Of a stretch of DNA of 64,000 bases, positions 27,236 to 38,288 are shown in pieces. The translations under genes and the position numbers were made by a program. This DNA comes from Macrostomum lignano (Eukaryota), in assembly GCA_002269645.1 (NCBI GenBank), contig NIVC01000625.1, forward strand, positions 186,001-250,000, written 5' to 3'. The notes under the pieces were generated by a model, which worked only from the letters and a program-made list of their open reading frames with translations, searched no databases and was not told the origin of the DNA. Each line of letters opens with the position of its first letter. Position 1 is the stretch's first letter.

Positions 27236-28251
27236 TCCCTGCCGTGATGCTGCAGTACGAAGACGGGTCTCATCAGGCGCAACATCAAGCGACCTTTTTT
27301 GAAGCGGCTTCAAAGCTCCGCGCCGTCATCCTGCCCGCCGAGGATGAGACTCTACTGCGGGACTTCGCCGAGGTTTTCAAAACTGCCGACCAGGCGAGCC
27401 GCCGGCGCGTGTTCATCGGTGTCAGCCTGCGCCACTCCGCCAAGCGCTTCACCGGCCAGCGCTTCCTCCGCATCCTGCAGCTGCTGGGCACCGCCTACTT
27501 GGACCTGCTGCTCGTCTCTGGCCAACCGTGCGGCCACTCGCAGCGCGACCGGCTGGCCTGCGGGAAGAACCGCCTGACGCCCGCCTTCCTGCGCAACTGG
27601 CGCACACTGCTGCGCCTGGCCAAGAAGCGCCGCATTCTCAACCTGGGCGTCCGCAACTACCCGCTGCCGGCGGTGGCGCAGCTGCACCGGATGTCCACTC
27701 CGGAGTGCCTCGACTTCCCCGGCCGGTCGGGCTGTCGCGCGCTGCTTCAGTTCGTTCGTCGGAAAGGCGAAAAGCCGACGGCGAAGGCTGCCAAGAAGAA
27801 CAAGAAGATGCAGAAGAAAAAGACGCAGAAGAAGAAGACGCAGAAGAAGAAGACGCAGACGCAGACGAAGAAGCAGAAGCCGCGTAGAACTGGGAAGGGT
27901 CCGGTCAGCATGCACACCGCCTACTCCATGCGCCGCGCTGCCGGCAACGTCAACTTCCTGACTGTCGTTCAGGCGGCGTTCAACCCGCATCACCGGCACC
28001 GGGTGCTGCGCCGTTGGTGCCACCAGCACTCGGTGGTTCTCCTGGCTGACGAAGCCCTTGGCGGGCCGCACGCACAGGAGCTGCTGACCGATGCCCGTCT
28101 GGTGCTGGCCGCTGCCGACGCCAGGCTGCCGATTCGAACCGCGATTTTGCATTGGGCACTGAAGAAACGAGTCGCCCTGGCCATCGCACCCGATGTGGCC
28201 CCGAGTTTATCAGCGAAATGGGCGGTTTGGTGGGGGCTACGCAGCACTTAG
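27236..28251 (+). CDS. Aldo-keto-reductase-fold protein, exon 2 (probable pseudoenzyme); joined protein 393 aa
   Basis: The gctaatcccgcag acceptor gives an in-frame phase-1 join. AKR-like motifs: LQLLGTAYLDLLLV (= LGLDYLDLYLIH), WRTLLRLAKKRRILNLGVRNY (= W..LE.LV..G.VRSIGVSNF), VVQAAFNPH...LRRWCHQHSVVLLADEALGG (= VNQVE.HP...L..FC...GI...AYSPLG), AILHWALKKRV (= QVLLRW.LQRG). AATAAA at about 28539. Confidence 0.8.
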
Positions 28252-30537
28252 CCGGAATCGATCGAATCGTCGAAAACGACGTCGAAACGCGCTACTTCCT
28301 AGCATCGACAAGAGCTCGTACGCTGACGAAGGCCAGTCGTTGGGAGCACAACGAGCTTTAGGAACTGTGGGCTACGCTATACTTTAATGACATTCTCGCC
28401 ATGAAGAAACTCTAAGTCTTCGTTGCAAAAGCACATGTTGAAACAGCTTTCGTAGATTACCAGCGGGTTTCATTTACATCCTGTATGTACATGTGCATGC
28501 ATTCGTGAACCTTTTGACAATTTGTGAGAAATTGCAAAATAAATGTGCCACAAAGCGTACTGAAAAGACTTGTGTTGCTACAAATTTTCAGTTGGTTTAA
28601 CTGGGCATATTTCTTTACTTACATTTTGGTTCAGCGTGTGCCAATAGGGTCATATGGAGACTCGATTCCTGCAAGTGCAGCTACTCCCTATTAATTTGGG
28701 GCCTAATTGGAATCTCAGCTTGGGTCTGCTCGTACAACGGCTTTGATGGCCATCCCCAATTAAAGGCACTTTGAAGTGTACATGTCCAACTATAAAGTTA
28801 GGGTCGCTGTACACTCCCTGTGCACGTGAGCTCGAGTGTGTGCCTAGCTTTAATTTAACTGCGTACGTATAATCCATGCGATTGCATGTGCATGTACGTG
28901 CTTCGCTGAGGGGGAGTCGGCGGAATAGGCAGTAATGCATCTCACTGGTTGTTTTAAAATATCGCCTTAAAGGGTGCGCCAGAATGTACATTATGTACAC
29001 AGCAGCTCCCATCCTTCAACTAAAAAACCCATCGAGACTTCGTACACTGAACCTGGAAGACTTTTACATTGCATGTATTTCGTCATACAATGGGTACGAA
29101 ATTCAGCTCTGTGTTAATTCTAGGTAAATTCTAGTTACATTGACAAAAATCTCAGAAACTGATATGTCCTGGTATGCTGGTACTGTTTATAGTTTTATAC
29201 AAACCTACGAGTTTTTAATGCAACCGTCAACAAGATACTATTGTTGCTCATGTCTTCCATTCTTATAAATTTCTTTTTTGTCTAATTTTACTTACTATTT
29301 TTACAAAGCGACTTTTAAAATTGAGCAGCGTACATGTGAAAATTACGCAGTTTATTTTACTGCTTAAAAAATTGTTCAAATCTAACGCTAAAACGAAAAA
29401 ATATTTAAATGAAACAAAACCTTAATATAAAAAAATTTATTTGTTTGTTCCACCCTCAGGAAGTGGAAGTCTGACATGACTCGGACTGTGCATGACTCGG
29501 ACTGTATGCAACATTAGGCCTAATAGCCTTTCCATGCTAATGACAAGTTGACGTAAAGCCCTGCCCTAGGCCTGCTTAAACGAAGGTTAAACAAATTGAG
29601 ATTGAGATCATAATAGACCTAAATCTAAATTTTAATTTTTCTTTTCACTGTAAGAACGTTCGTTTCTGTTAAATTAACCACTAGGGCCTATGTCAAAATT
29701 CTGAGTTTTCTGTTAAAGCCCTCTTCATAAATGAGGCTAGGTCTAGGAGTAGGCCTAGGACTGACTAAAAACAAAGTTGTTAAAACAAAAATTTTCTTCA
29801 AGGGCTTATTTCAATGTGTTTAGAATAAAAAAACAGTTTTTAATGCATTGAAGCCCCTAACTATTGCTTATCAACATCCCCTTTAGGCAAATTGAAAAAC
29901 AAAAAATAAAGCCTCATACGAGCGTATTCATGTAGATATCAGGCCTTTTAGATTCTTTATCTAGTTATTATATTCAACATTTAATGGCTTTTTTCTTTCC
30001 TAATTATTCTAAATTAAATATTATTATTAGATAATATAACACATTGTTTCTGTTGATAATCTTGAAAAAAATAGATTGTACATTTTTTTATTTTAATAAA
30101 AGTTCTCAGCCTAGTCTAGTTTTTGCTTAGAACCTTTTTAGAAGGTTTTTTATAACAAACTTATAATGTATTAAATAAAACAGTTGAAAACTTAAATTAA
30201 CTAAATAGTAATAATATTCAATTTATTAATAAAGGAAATTTGTCTCACTTTTTAAACATTTAAGACATAGAAAATAATTTAAAATTGATTATTATTTAAA
30301 AAATAATTTTTGATTTTTGATTTTTATAGACCTTATAATAAGGCTTATTAAATTAAATGTTTTTTAGAATTCTAAAAATTCTTAAAAGTTAGTTTTTATA
30401 TATTATCTTATCTTCTATACATAGATATCTTTCTTAATTTAAAACAATTTTTATTAATATATAAGTTTTATTTTAATTTTAAATAATTTATAACAAATGT
30501 TTTTTTGTTTATTACATTATTTTAGGAATCTCAAGTT

Positions 30538-30988
30538 CACAGATACTAGAATAACTAGATAGGCCACTTGGCACATTTGCATGCCAGCTACTTTCAGTTT
30601 AGTAGTAAGTTAAACAGAAGCATTTTAATGTATTTTTAAAGACAAAGCTTATTTATTGGCTCTTACGCCTCCCCCCAAGCTATTAAACCCTCAAACTCCT
30701 CATAGAACCTCTATCCCCGGCCCGCGACCTAATTTTATTACCTTCTTCGGTTGTTCCAGCCTAAATCTGCCTTGTACATTTCAGTGGCTAATGTACATTA
30801 TGGCTGAACCAATTAGCAAGCTGTTTACGCCTGCAAGATTGGGCTTCTAAACTTATCAAAGTCATTTCAGCTGCCTTATTCTTATAAAATAGCTTATGTA
30901 TTCTTCTTTGCTACTGAACTGAAAGTAGAAAGCTGTTTTGCCAAGTATATATGCCAGAGTGGACCATCTAGTTATTCTAGTATCTGTG
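30538..30988. mobile_element. 451-bp MITE with perfect 23-bp TIRs and an 8-bp TSD (P- or hAT-type)
   Basis: TIR CACAGATACTAGAATAACTAGAT at 30538-30560 with its exact reverse complement at 30966-30988, flanked by CTCAAGTT at 30530-30537 and 30989-30996. Confidence 0.92.
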
Positions 30989-31429
30989 CTCAAGTTAGAA
31001 CTTTGAATAATATTTTTAAAAAGCATTTTACAACATTATCTAACTAATTATCCTTGTTTTAAAAAGTATTAGATATGTACTAGAAGAGTATATAAGTTAT
31101 AATAATGGAAATTATAACTTTTATAGTAATTTTTTGCAAAATATTCTACAGACATTTATAGTAACATAGTTAAAATCATATGATTCAAGATAAATTTTTG
31201 GCAATAGAAACATACAATAGGCAAGTGCAAATTATATTGATATGGCAAAAATAAAATATATTTGAAATTGAATGAATATGAAAAAATTCTCAATTGATTA
31301 TTTCTAGATAATTTTGTTCCTAGTGGTTTTGTTTAAAATAGCTTTATTAATTGTAACACAAATTATATTTAAAAAATATAAGTCAGAACAATTGTCAAAT
31401 GTCCAACTCTTCATTGTTCCAGCTCTGAG

Positions 31430-32623
31430 ATGGAGAAAGTCCCGATTGATGCTTCTGAGATCCTGATCCTGGCCTGTCCTCAGTGCCAGTTCATGACGCT
31501 GAAGGTGGCGTCTCTAGATGCCCACCTGAAGGAGCACAACTGCAGGATCCACGTGAAGCTGAACAAGTGCAAGCAGTGCGGCATGATCACCAACTCAGAC
31601 AAGGTGATTGAGGAGCACTTGCAGATCTGGCACCCAAGCAAGGACGTGAAGGAAAACATTGCCATTGTGTTTGATGAGACTTACAACCAGGACAAGCCGG
31701 CTAGTGAGCCCAAGGCAGTGACGAATGCTGGTGGTGGTGGTGATGCTCAGAAGTCAGGAAAGTCGAGCATTGCTGGTCTGCCGCAGATCAATCTGCTGCA
31801 GCTGATGTACATGGCCCATGGACCTGTGGAGATCAACCTGCCTGGCAGTTACCAGCTGGACAGGACCAAGGACGGGGTGCACGCGTGCATCTCGTTCATG
31901 CCGAGCTTCCTGAACCGGACTATCGGTGAGAACTTCATGGAGAGTCTGAAGCAGGATCTGTCGTGGAAGCAGCTGACTTTGACAACAAAGGACGGCAAGG
32001 AGCGTCAGGAGCCTCGCCTGACCTGCTATGTCGGTCCTGACTTTGAGTATTCTGGCAACAAGTTCGAGAACTGCAACGACTGGAACCCGAAGCTGAAGGA
32101 CCTGAAGGAGATCGTAGAGAAGGCGGTTGGGCGGGAGTTCAACGCAGTGATTTGCTACATGTACCGCAACGGCAGGGACAGTCTTGGGTGGCACTGCGAG
32201 AAAGAGAAGCCGCTTGGTGAGCACCCGTACATTGCGGCTGTGAGTTTGGGCCAGGCCAGGTACTTGGAGTTCTCGAGAAAGGGGCGCGAGGATCGCTACG
32301 TGAGACTGCGCTCTGCTCACGGAGACCTGGTGGTCACGGAGGGCGCGATTGAGGACCTGTACATCCACCGGATTCCCAAGGATCCGATGGCCCGTCGCAC
32401 GAGCTACACGTTCTCATTCCGCTACATCAACCCGGTGAAGAAGGCGGAGGAGGTCCCGAAGGTCGCCGAGGCGCCGGCCAAGGCCGCCCCGGAGTCGTCG
32501 GAGAAGCTGGCCGAGGCTCCGAAGGCGGAGCCGGCTGCCACTGAGGAGACCTCCACGACCCCGGCTGGCAAGAAGGGCAAGAGCCCCGGCCCGGTGGGCA
32601 GCGGCAAGGGCAAGAAGAAGTGA
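31430..32623 (+). CDS. C2H2 zinc finger + AlkB-family (ALKBH2/3-like) 2OG-Fe(II) dioxygenase, copy A, 397 aa, single coding exon
   Basis: Two fingers, CPQC-x12-HLKEH and CKQC-x12-HLQIWH. AlkB core: QEPRLTCYVG, FEYSG, FNAVICYMYRNGRDSLGWHCE, IAAVSLGQAR, HGDLVV, IHRIPK, FSFR. Acceptor-like ttccag 7 nt before the ATG; AATAAA at 32764. Confidence 0.88.
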   Translation: MEKVPIDASEILILACPQCQFMTLKVASLDAHLKEHNCRIHVKLNKCKQCGMITNSDKVIEEHLQIWHPSKDVKENIAIVFDETYNQDKPASEPKAVTNAGGGGDAQKSGKSSIAGLPQINLLQLMYMAHGPVEINLPGSYQLDRTKDGVHACISFMPSFLNRTIGENFMESLKQDLSWKQLTLTTKDGKERQEPRLTCYVGPDFEYSGNKFENCNDWNPKLKDLKEIVEKAVGREFNAVICYMYRNGRDSLGWHCEKEKPLGEHPYIAAVSLGQARYLEFSRKGREDRYVRLRSAHGDLVVTEGAIEDLYIHRIPKDPMARRTSYTFSFRYINPVKKAEEVPKVAEAPAKAAPESSEKLAEAPKAEPAATEETSTTPAGKKGKSPGPVGSGKGKKK

Positions 32624-33511
32624 GCGGTGCCGGTCGGCCCTGCCGGATGCTGCGGACTGCTGAGCTGCCGGTGTGTTTTGTTAATTCGCTTGCTTGTTGT
32701 TTAAAGATAAGTTTTGACAGTCGAGCTAGTTGTTGAACAAAAGCATAAATCCTCAAAGTTATTAATAAAGTTTAAGCAATCTTCATTTTCTTTATACGCT
32801 TTTTCGTTAGCTCCATTTTCTGTTTTTCTATTGAATTACTAGTAAGTTGGTTTGCGTCCTCTCATTGTCTTAAATACGAAGCAACAGGTCGCACGCTAGT
32901 CAAGAAGCAGGACTGTTCCTCCCTGGCCACCTATGAGTCGCTGCAACTATCCATTCAATGTACTAAATTGTTTTTCCGTATTCAAAAATTCTCAGCTTTG
33001 TCGCTTTTTTATTTATCAATCGTAACTTTAAGGTTCGCTTTTGTTTGCTAGTGAGCTGGCCTGGTGGCTGACTCGGGTCTTGTTTTTTCTATGCAGGTCT
33101 GTTGCGCAATATTATCAATAAGAGACTAATAAATCAACCACAGCTGCAATCAGCTTCCAGTACCCGTTTTGGGTCTGTTCTCTCTGCAATGTTTAGCTTG
33201 CTAAATTTAAGTACATTTGTGTGTAGTCGCGCGCTCCTACCCAGTCTCTGATCATTGCGATTGGGAGTTTTCTACTACTAAATAGTTTTTGTTCTAATAA
33301 TATCCGCTGTAGCGGAGCCCGGCTCGTGTGAGACGCCGACCGCTTGGCGCCTCGCTAGGGCGCCATCGGTTTGCGCCTCAATTTATTAGCGTTGGCTCAT
33401 TTTGGAATCGCTGTTTTGAAGATGTTGGCTCTTGCAATAAAATAGGAAACAGTCCTGGTTTAAGCGCGTCGCATTTCTGTGTTGTTTATTTTTCGGTAGA
33501 ACATGGTTCCA

Positions 33512-34745
33512 TAAGCAGGACCCTGAAGTGTTATGCTGAGGCTGTAGCTAAGCAGGACCCTGAAGTGTTATGCAGAGGCTGTAGCTAAGCAGGACCCTGA
33601 AGTGTTATGCAGAGGCTGTAGCTAAGCAGGACCCTGAAGTGTTATGCAGAGGCTGTAGCTAAGCAGGACCCTGAAGTGTTATGCAGAGGCTGTAGCTAAG
33701 CAGGACCCTGAAGTATTATGCAGAGGCTGTAGCTGAGCAGGACCCTGAAGTGTTATGCAGAGGCTGTAGCTGAGCTGACCCTGAAGTGTTATGCAGAGGC
33801 TGTAGCTAAGCAGGACCCTGAAGTGTTATGCAGAGGCTGTAGCTGAGCAGGACCCTTAAGTGTTATGCAGAGGCTGTAGCTAAGCAGGACCCTGAAGTGT
33901 TATGCAGAGGCTGTAGCTAAGCAGGACCCTGAAGTGTTATGCAGAGGCTGTAGCTGAGCTGACCCTGAAGTGTTATGCTGAGGCTGTAGCTAAGCAGGAC
34001 CCTGAAGTGTTATGCAGAGGCTGTAGCTGAGCTGACCCTGAAGTGTTATGCAGAGGCTGTAGCTAAGCAGGACCCTGAAGTGTTATGCAGAGGCTGTAGC
34101 TAAGCAGGACCCTGAAGTGTTATGCAGAGGCTGTAGCTAAGCAGGACCCTGAAGTGTTATGCAGAGGCTGTAGCTAAGCAGGACCCTGAAGTGTTATGCA
34201 GAGGCTGTAGCTGAGCTGACCCTGAAGTGTTATGCAGAGGCTGTAGCTAAGCAGGACCCTGAAGTGTTATGCAGAGGCTGTAGCTGAGCTGACCCTGAAG
34301 TGTTATGCAGAGGCTGTAGCTAAGCAGGACCCTGAAGTGTTATGCAGAGGCTGTAGCTAAGCAGGACCCTGAAGTGTTATGCTGAGGCTGTAGCTAAGCA
34401 GGACCCTGAAGTGTTATGCAGAGGCTGTAGCTAAGCAGGACCCTGAAGTGTTATGCAGAGGCTGTAGCTAAGCAGGACCCTGAAGTGTTATGCAGAGGCT
34501 GTAGCTGAGCTGACCCTGAAGTGTTATGCAGAGGCTGTAGCTAAGCAGGACCCTGAAGTGTTATGCAGAGGCTGTAGCTGAGCTGACCCTGAAGTGTTAT
34601 GCAGAGGCTGTAGCTAAGCAGGACCCTGAAGTGTTATGCAGAGGCTGTAGCTAAGCAGGACCCTGAAGTGTTATGCTGAGGCTGTAGCTAAGCAGGACCC
34701 TGAAGTGTTATGCTGAGGCTGTAGCTAAGCAGGACCCTAAAGTGT
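33512..34745. repeat. 37/36-bp minisatellite (taagcaggaccctgaagtgttatgcagaggctgtagc), about 33 copies
   Basis: Two alternating unit variants lie between the AlkB-like copies. Confidence 0.96.
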
Positions 34746-34896
34746 AATAAAGTTTCTATGTCGCAATGGCACAGGCATTTAAAAGCAGTTTGCCTATTGG
34801 CATTTAAACTACACATTTAAACTACCATCGATATATTAATCGCATAACAACGCAGTAAGGTTATTTGCTTCATTCATTGCATGATTCGACGTAAAG

Positions 34897-35958
34897 ATGG
34901 AGAAAGTCCCGATTGATGCCTCTGAGATCCTGATCCTGGCCTGTCCTCAGTGCCAGTTCATGACGCTGAAGGTGGCGTCTCTAGATGCCCACCTGAAGGA
35001 GCACAACTGCAGGATCCACGTGAAGCTGAACAAGTGCAAGCAGTGCGGCATGATCACCAACTCAGACAAGGTGATTGAGGAGCACTTGCAGATCTGGCAT
35101 CCAAGCAAGGACGTGAAGGAAAACATTGCCATTGTGTTTGATGAGACTTACAACCAGGACAAGCCGGCTAGTGAGCCCAAGGCCGTGACGAATGCTGGTG
35201 GTGGTGGTGATGCTCAGAAGTCAGGAAAGTCGAGCATTGCTGGTCTGCCGCAGATCAATCTGCTGCAGCTGATGTACATGGCCCATGGACCTGTGGAGAT
35301 CAACCTGCCTGGCAGTTACCAGCTGGACAGGACCAAGGACGGGGTGCACGCGTGCATCTCGTTCATGCCGAGCTTCCTGAACCGGACTGTCGGTGAGAAC
35401 TTCATGGAGAGTCTGAAGCAGGATCTGTCGTGGAAGCAGCTGACTTTGACAACAAAGGACGGCAAGGAGCGTCAGGAGCCTCGCCTGACCTGCTATGTCG
35501 GTCCTGACTTTGAGTATTCTGGCAACAAGTTCGAGAACTGCAACGACTGGAACCCGAAGCTGAAGGATCTGAAGGAGATCGTAGAGAAGGCGGTTGGGCG
35601 GGAGTTCAACGCAGTGATTTGCTACATGTACCGCAACGGCAGGGACAGTCTTGGGTGGCACTGCGAGAAAGAGAAGCCGCTTGGTGAGCACCCGTACATT
35701 GCGGCTGTGAGTTTGGGCCAGGCCAGGTACTTGGAGTTCTCGAGAAAGGGGCGCGAGGATCGCTACGTGAGACTGCGCTCTGCTCACGGAGACCTGGTGG
35801 TCACGGAGGGCGCGATCGAGGACCTGTACATCCACCGGATTCCCAAGGATCCGATGGCCCGTCGCACGAGCTACACGTTCTCATTCCGCTACATCAACCC
35901 GGTGAAGAAGGCGGAGGAGGCCCCGAAAGCCGCCGGTGCTAGCGGTGATTCAGCCTGA
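34897..35958 (+). CDS. C2H2 zinc finger + AlkB-family dioxygenase, copy B, 353 aa
   Basis: Near-identical to copy A from the ATG to ...KKAEE, with a different and shorter C-terminus. Confidence 0.88.
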   Translation: MEKVPIDASEILILACPQCQFMTLKVASLDAHLKEHNCRIHVKLNKCKQCGMITNSDKVIEEHLQIWHPSKDVKENIAIVFDETYNQDKPASEPKAVTNAGGGGDAQKSGKSSIAGLPQINLLQLMYMAHGPVEINLPGSYQLDRTKDGVHACISFMPSFLNRTVGENFMESLKQDLSWKQLTLTTKDGKERQEPRLTCYVGPDFEYSGNKFENCNDWNPKLKDLKEIVEKAVGREFNAVICYMYRNGRDSLGWHCEKEKPLGEHPYIAAVSLGQARYLEFSRKGREDRYVRLRSAHGDLVVTEGAIEDLYIHRIPKDPMARRTSYTFSFRYINPVKKAEEAPKAAGASGDSA

Positions 35959-36519
35959 ACAAAAGTACTCGGTGTCACATGAAACTGTTTAGGTTGGTTG
36001 GCCCATTGAATGCGACTTATCGCGATTCGACATTGGTTTTCCATTAGAGTGCATTGCGGCGCTTTTGTACCGACTTTTGTTGCTGCTAATTTATTTCCTG
36101 GTCGCCTCTTCGCCCATTTTGTCACCCTGTCTCCAAAGTTTCCAAAGCCTATTACAGTTCTCGTAGAGTTGTTCTTGTTCCAGCAATGTTCTGTGCCAGT
36201 CCGTTTGCGCTGCGTTACAATTCAAGTCCGGTTCCACTTGCAGAGACTCCAGAATCCCGCTCCAGTGTTTTCCTTCTCATTCCCTCTAGTTTGAAACTGT
36301 ACTATGTGAGCTCGTCCCTAGTAGCGCCTGTTGACGCTTTAACACCTTTTTGTACTCGACAGGTCAGCGATTTGTTTATTTTTTCTGTTCACATCAAAAA
36401 ATAGATCCGCAACGATTATGGATACACATGACTATATTAAACATTTTTAATTATCTTTTTTATTTCATTTATATGGTCGGGTAGATTATATGTAATAATT
36501 TGAAACTGTCAGCTAGCGC

Positions 36520-36925
36520 CTCAGGTTGGTCCTCCACCTTCCCAGATAGTCAGGTTGGTCCTCCACCTTCCCAGATCGTCAGGTTGGTCCTCCACTTTCC
36601 CAGATCGTCATGTTGGTCCTCCAGCTTCCCAGATCGTCATGTTGGTCCTCCAGCTTTCCAGACCATCAGGTTGGTCCTCCACCTTCCCAGATCGTCAGGT
36701 TGGTCCTCCACTTTCCCAGATCGTCAGGTTGGTCCTCCACTTTCCCAGATCGTCAGGTTGGTCCTCCAGCTTCCCAGATCGTCATGTTGGTCCTCCAGCT
36801 TTCCAGACCATCAGGTTGGTCCTCCATCTTCCCAGATCGTCAGGTTGGTCCTCCATCTTCCCAGATCTTGTTGGTCCTCCAGCTTCCCAGATCGTCAGCT
36901 TGGTCCTTCATCTTCCTAGATCATC
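36520..36925. repeat. 29-bp minisatellite (cagatcgtcaggttggtcctccaccttcc), about 14 copies
   Basis: Direct tandem units. Confidence 0.93.
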
Positions 36926-37478
36926 AGCTTGATTGCCATTTTTGCCTTTAATAACAGGTGGCTGGCATCCAGGACCATTTGAGCCACATGTAGACATACT
37001 TTAGGAATCTACTGTATACCAGCACCCGCGACATGATCGGGATGAATAAGTCCTAGGACTCACTGAGTCACTGCAAATTGTCCTCGGATTTCCCTTGATG
37101 CTGTGTGCTCAATTAGGTTGTGTGTACCCGCCTCTGCACTCTACAGCTGCGCAGAAGCGCGACTGACCGCTCCGAGCTGACATGAATTAGCTTAGCATCG
37201 GGACACTGGGGTGGCTAAACCTGCAAGTACTGTACACACCCGAGCGCTGTGCTGAGTGAGTTATTCGGCTGTTAATGGTGACACTGGTCGCAGGGGTCTC
37301 TGCCTCTGCTTGCCGTCCTCCCATTGTTTGCTGACAGGCCAGATACGACGCCTGCGCATTCAGAGTTACTGAGGAGGGGGTGGAGGTGGGGTGGCAAGTG
37401 AGATAAGCAAATGCCTCAGGCTAAGAGAGAAAAGCAAACGGCAAGAGGCCGCGCCTGCAGAATTATTGGAATTATTGG

Positions 37479-38288
37479 ATGGGCATCTCCATGCAGCTCT
37501 CTGCAGTTGACGCCGCCGTGAATGGAAGCTGGCTGGCCGGCGCAGCTGTCAATAACAGCGTTCCGATGAACCCAACTCGGCTCCCGAATGCTACCACCTC
37601 GCTCCGTCTGGTGGTGACCGTGGCAATCATGGTTTGCGCCGCCCTTTGCGGCTGGCTGGTGGCCAAGCTGTTGAACTGCTATCTGGCCCGGGCGCCGCTG
37701 CCCAGCAATGGCGACACAGACAGCGAGATGAGCGAGCACACCGTACGGCTGCTGCGCCTGCAGCGCCAGCGGGGCCGCCAGCTGCAGCTCTCCGAGGTGG
37801 AGAAGGCTAATTTTCACAGCGTAGTGGTGGACATGTGGCGCCAGCGACCCCACAGCCTCGATCTCAACGAATTGCACGGCGGAGGCGACAGCGCTCTGCA
37901 GCGGTTGCGAAGTGCCTGGCGTCAGCTGCGGCCGCTGGACGAAGTCGAAGGCGAGGACAAGTCTGGGGAGCCGGACCAGTCAATCGAGCTGGAGCGGCAG
38001 CGACGTCTGAGTCTTTTGGTGCAGCGCCTGGGAGAAGCCTGGCTGGCAGCGAGCCGAGGGACAGCCCAGCTCGAGGTGTCGGAGGGGCCACTTGGTGAGG
38101 CTCAGGCAGTGGACAAAGCCGAGGATGTTGAACAGGCGGAGGCTGTGCTGGTGACCCCGGCTAAGGTGACAAATAATACTAATTACGGTCTTGAAGCGGT
38201 ACCCGAGGAGTCTCCTGAGCTGACTAGCGATGTTGCCGAGACTGTCGAGACCGGGTTCTTGGGCAGGTGGACCTGTTCACTCATGTGA
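37479..38288 (+). CDS. Orphan single-pass membrane protein, 269 aa
   Basis: N-terminus has several NxS/T sequons, followed by one hydrophobic segment (LVVTVAIMVCAALCGWLVAKLL) and a charged tail. Codon bias resembles neighbouring genes. No family recognised. Confidence 0.6.
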   Translation: MGISMQLSAVDAAVNGSWLAGAAVNNSVPMNPTRLPNATTSLRLVVTVAIMVCAALCGWLVAKLLNCYLARAPLPSNGDTDSEMSEHTVRLLRLQRQRGRQLQLSEVEKANFHSVVVDMWRQRPHSLDLNELHGGGDSALQRLRSAWRQLRPLDEVEGEDKSGEPDQSIELERQRRLSLLVQRLGEAWLAASRGTAQLEVSEGPLGEAQAVDKAEDVEQAEAVLVTPAKVTNNTNYGLEAVPEESPELTSDVAETVETGFLGRWTCSLM

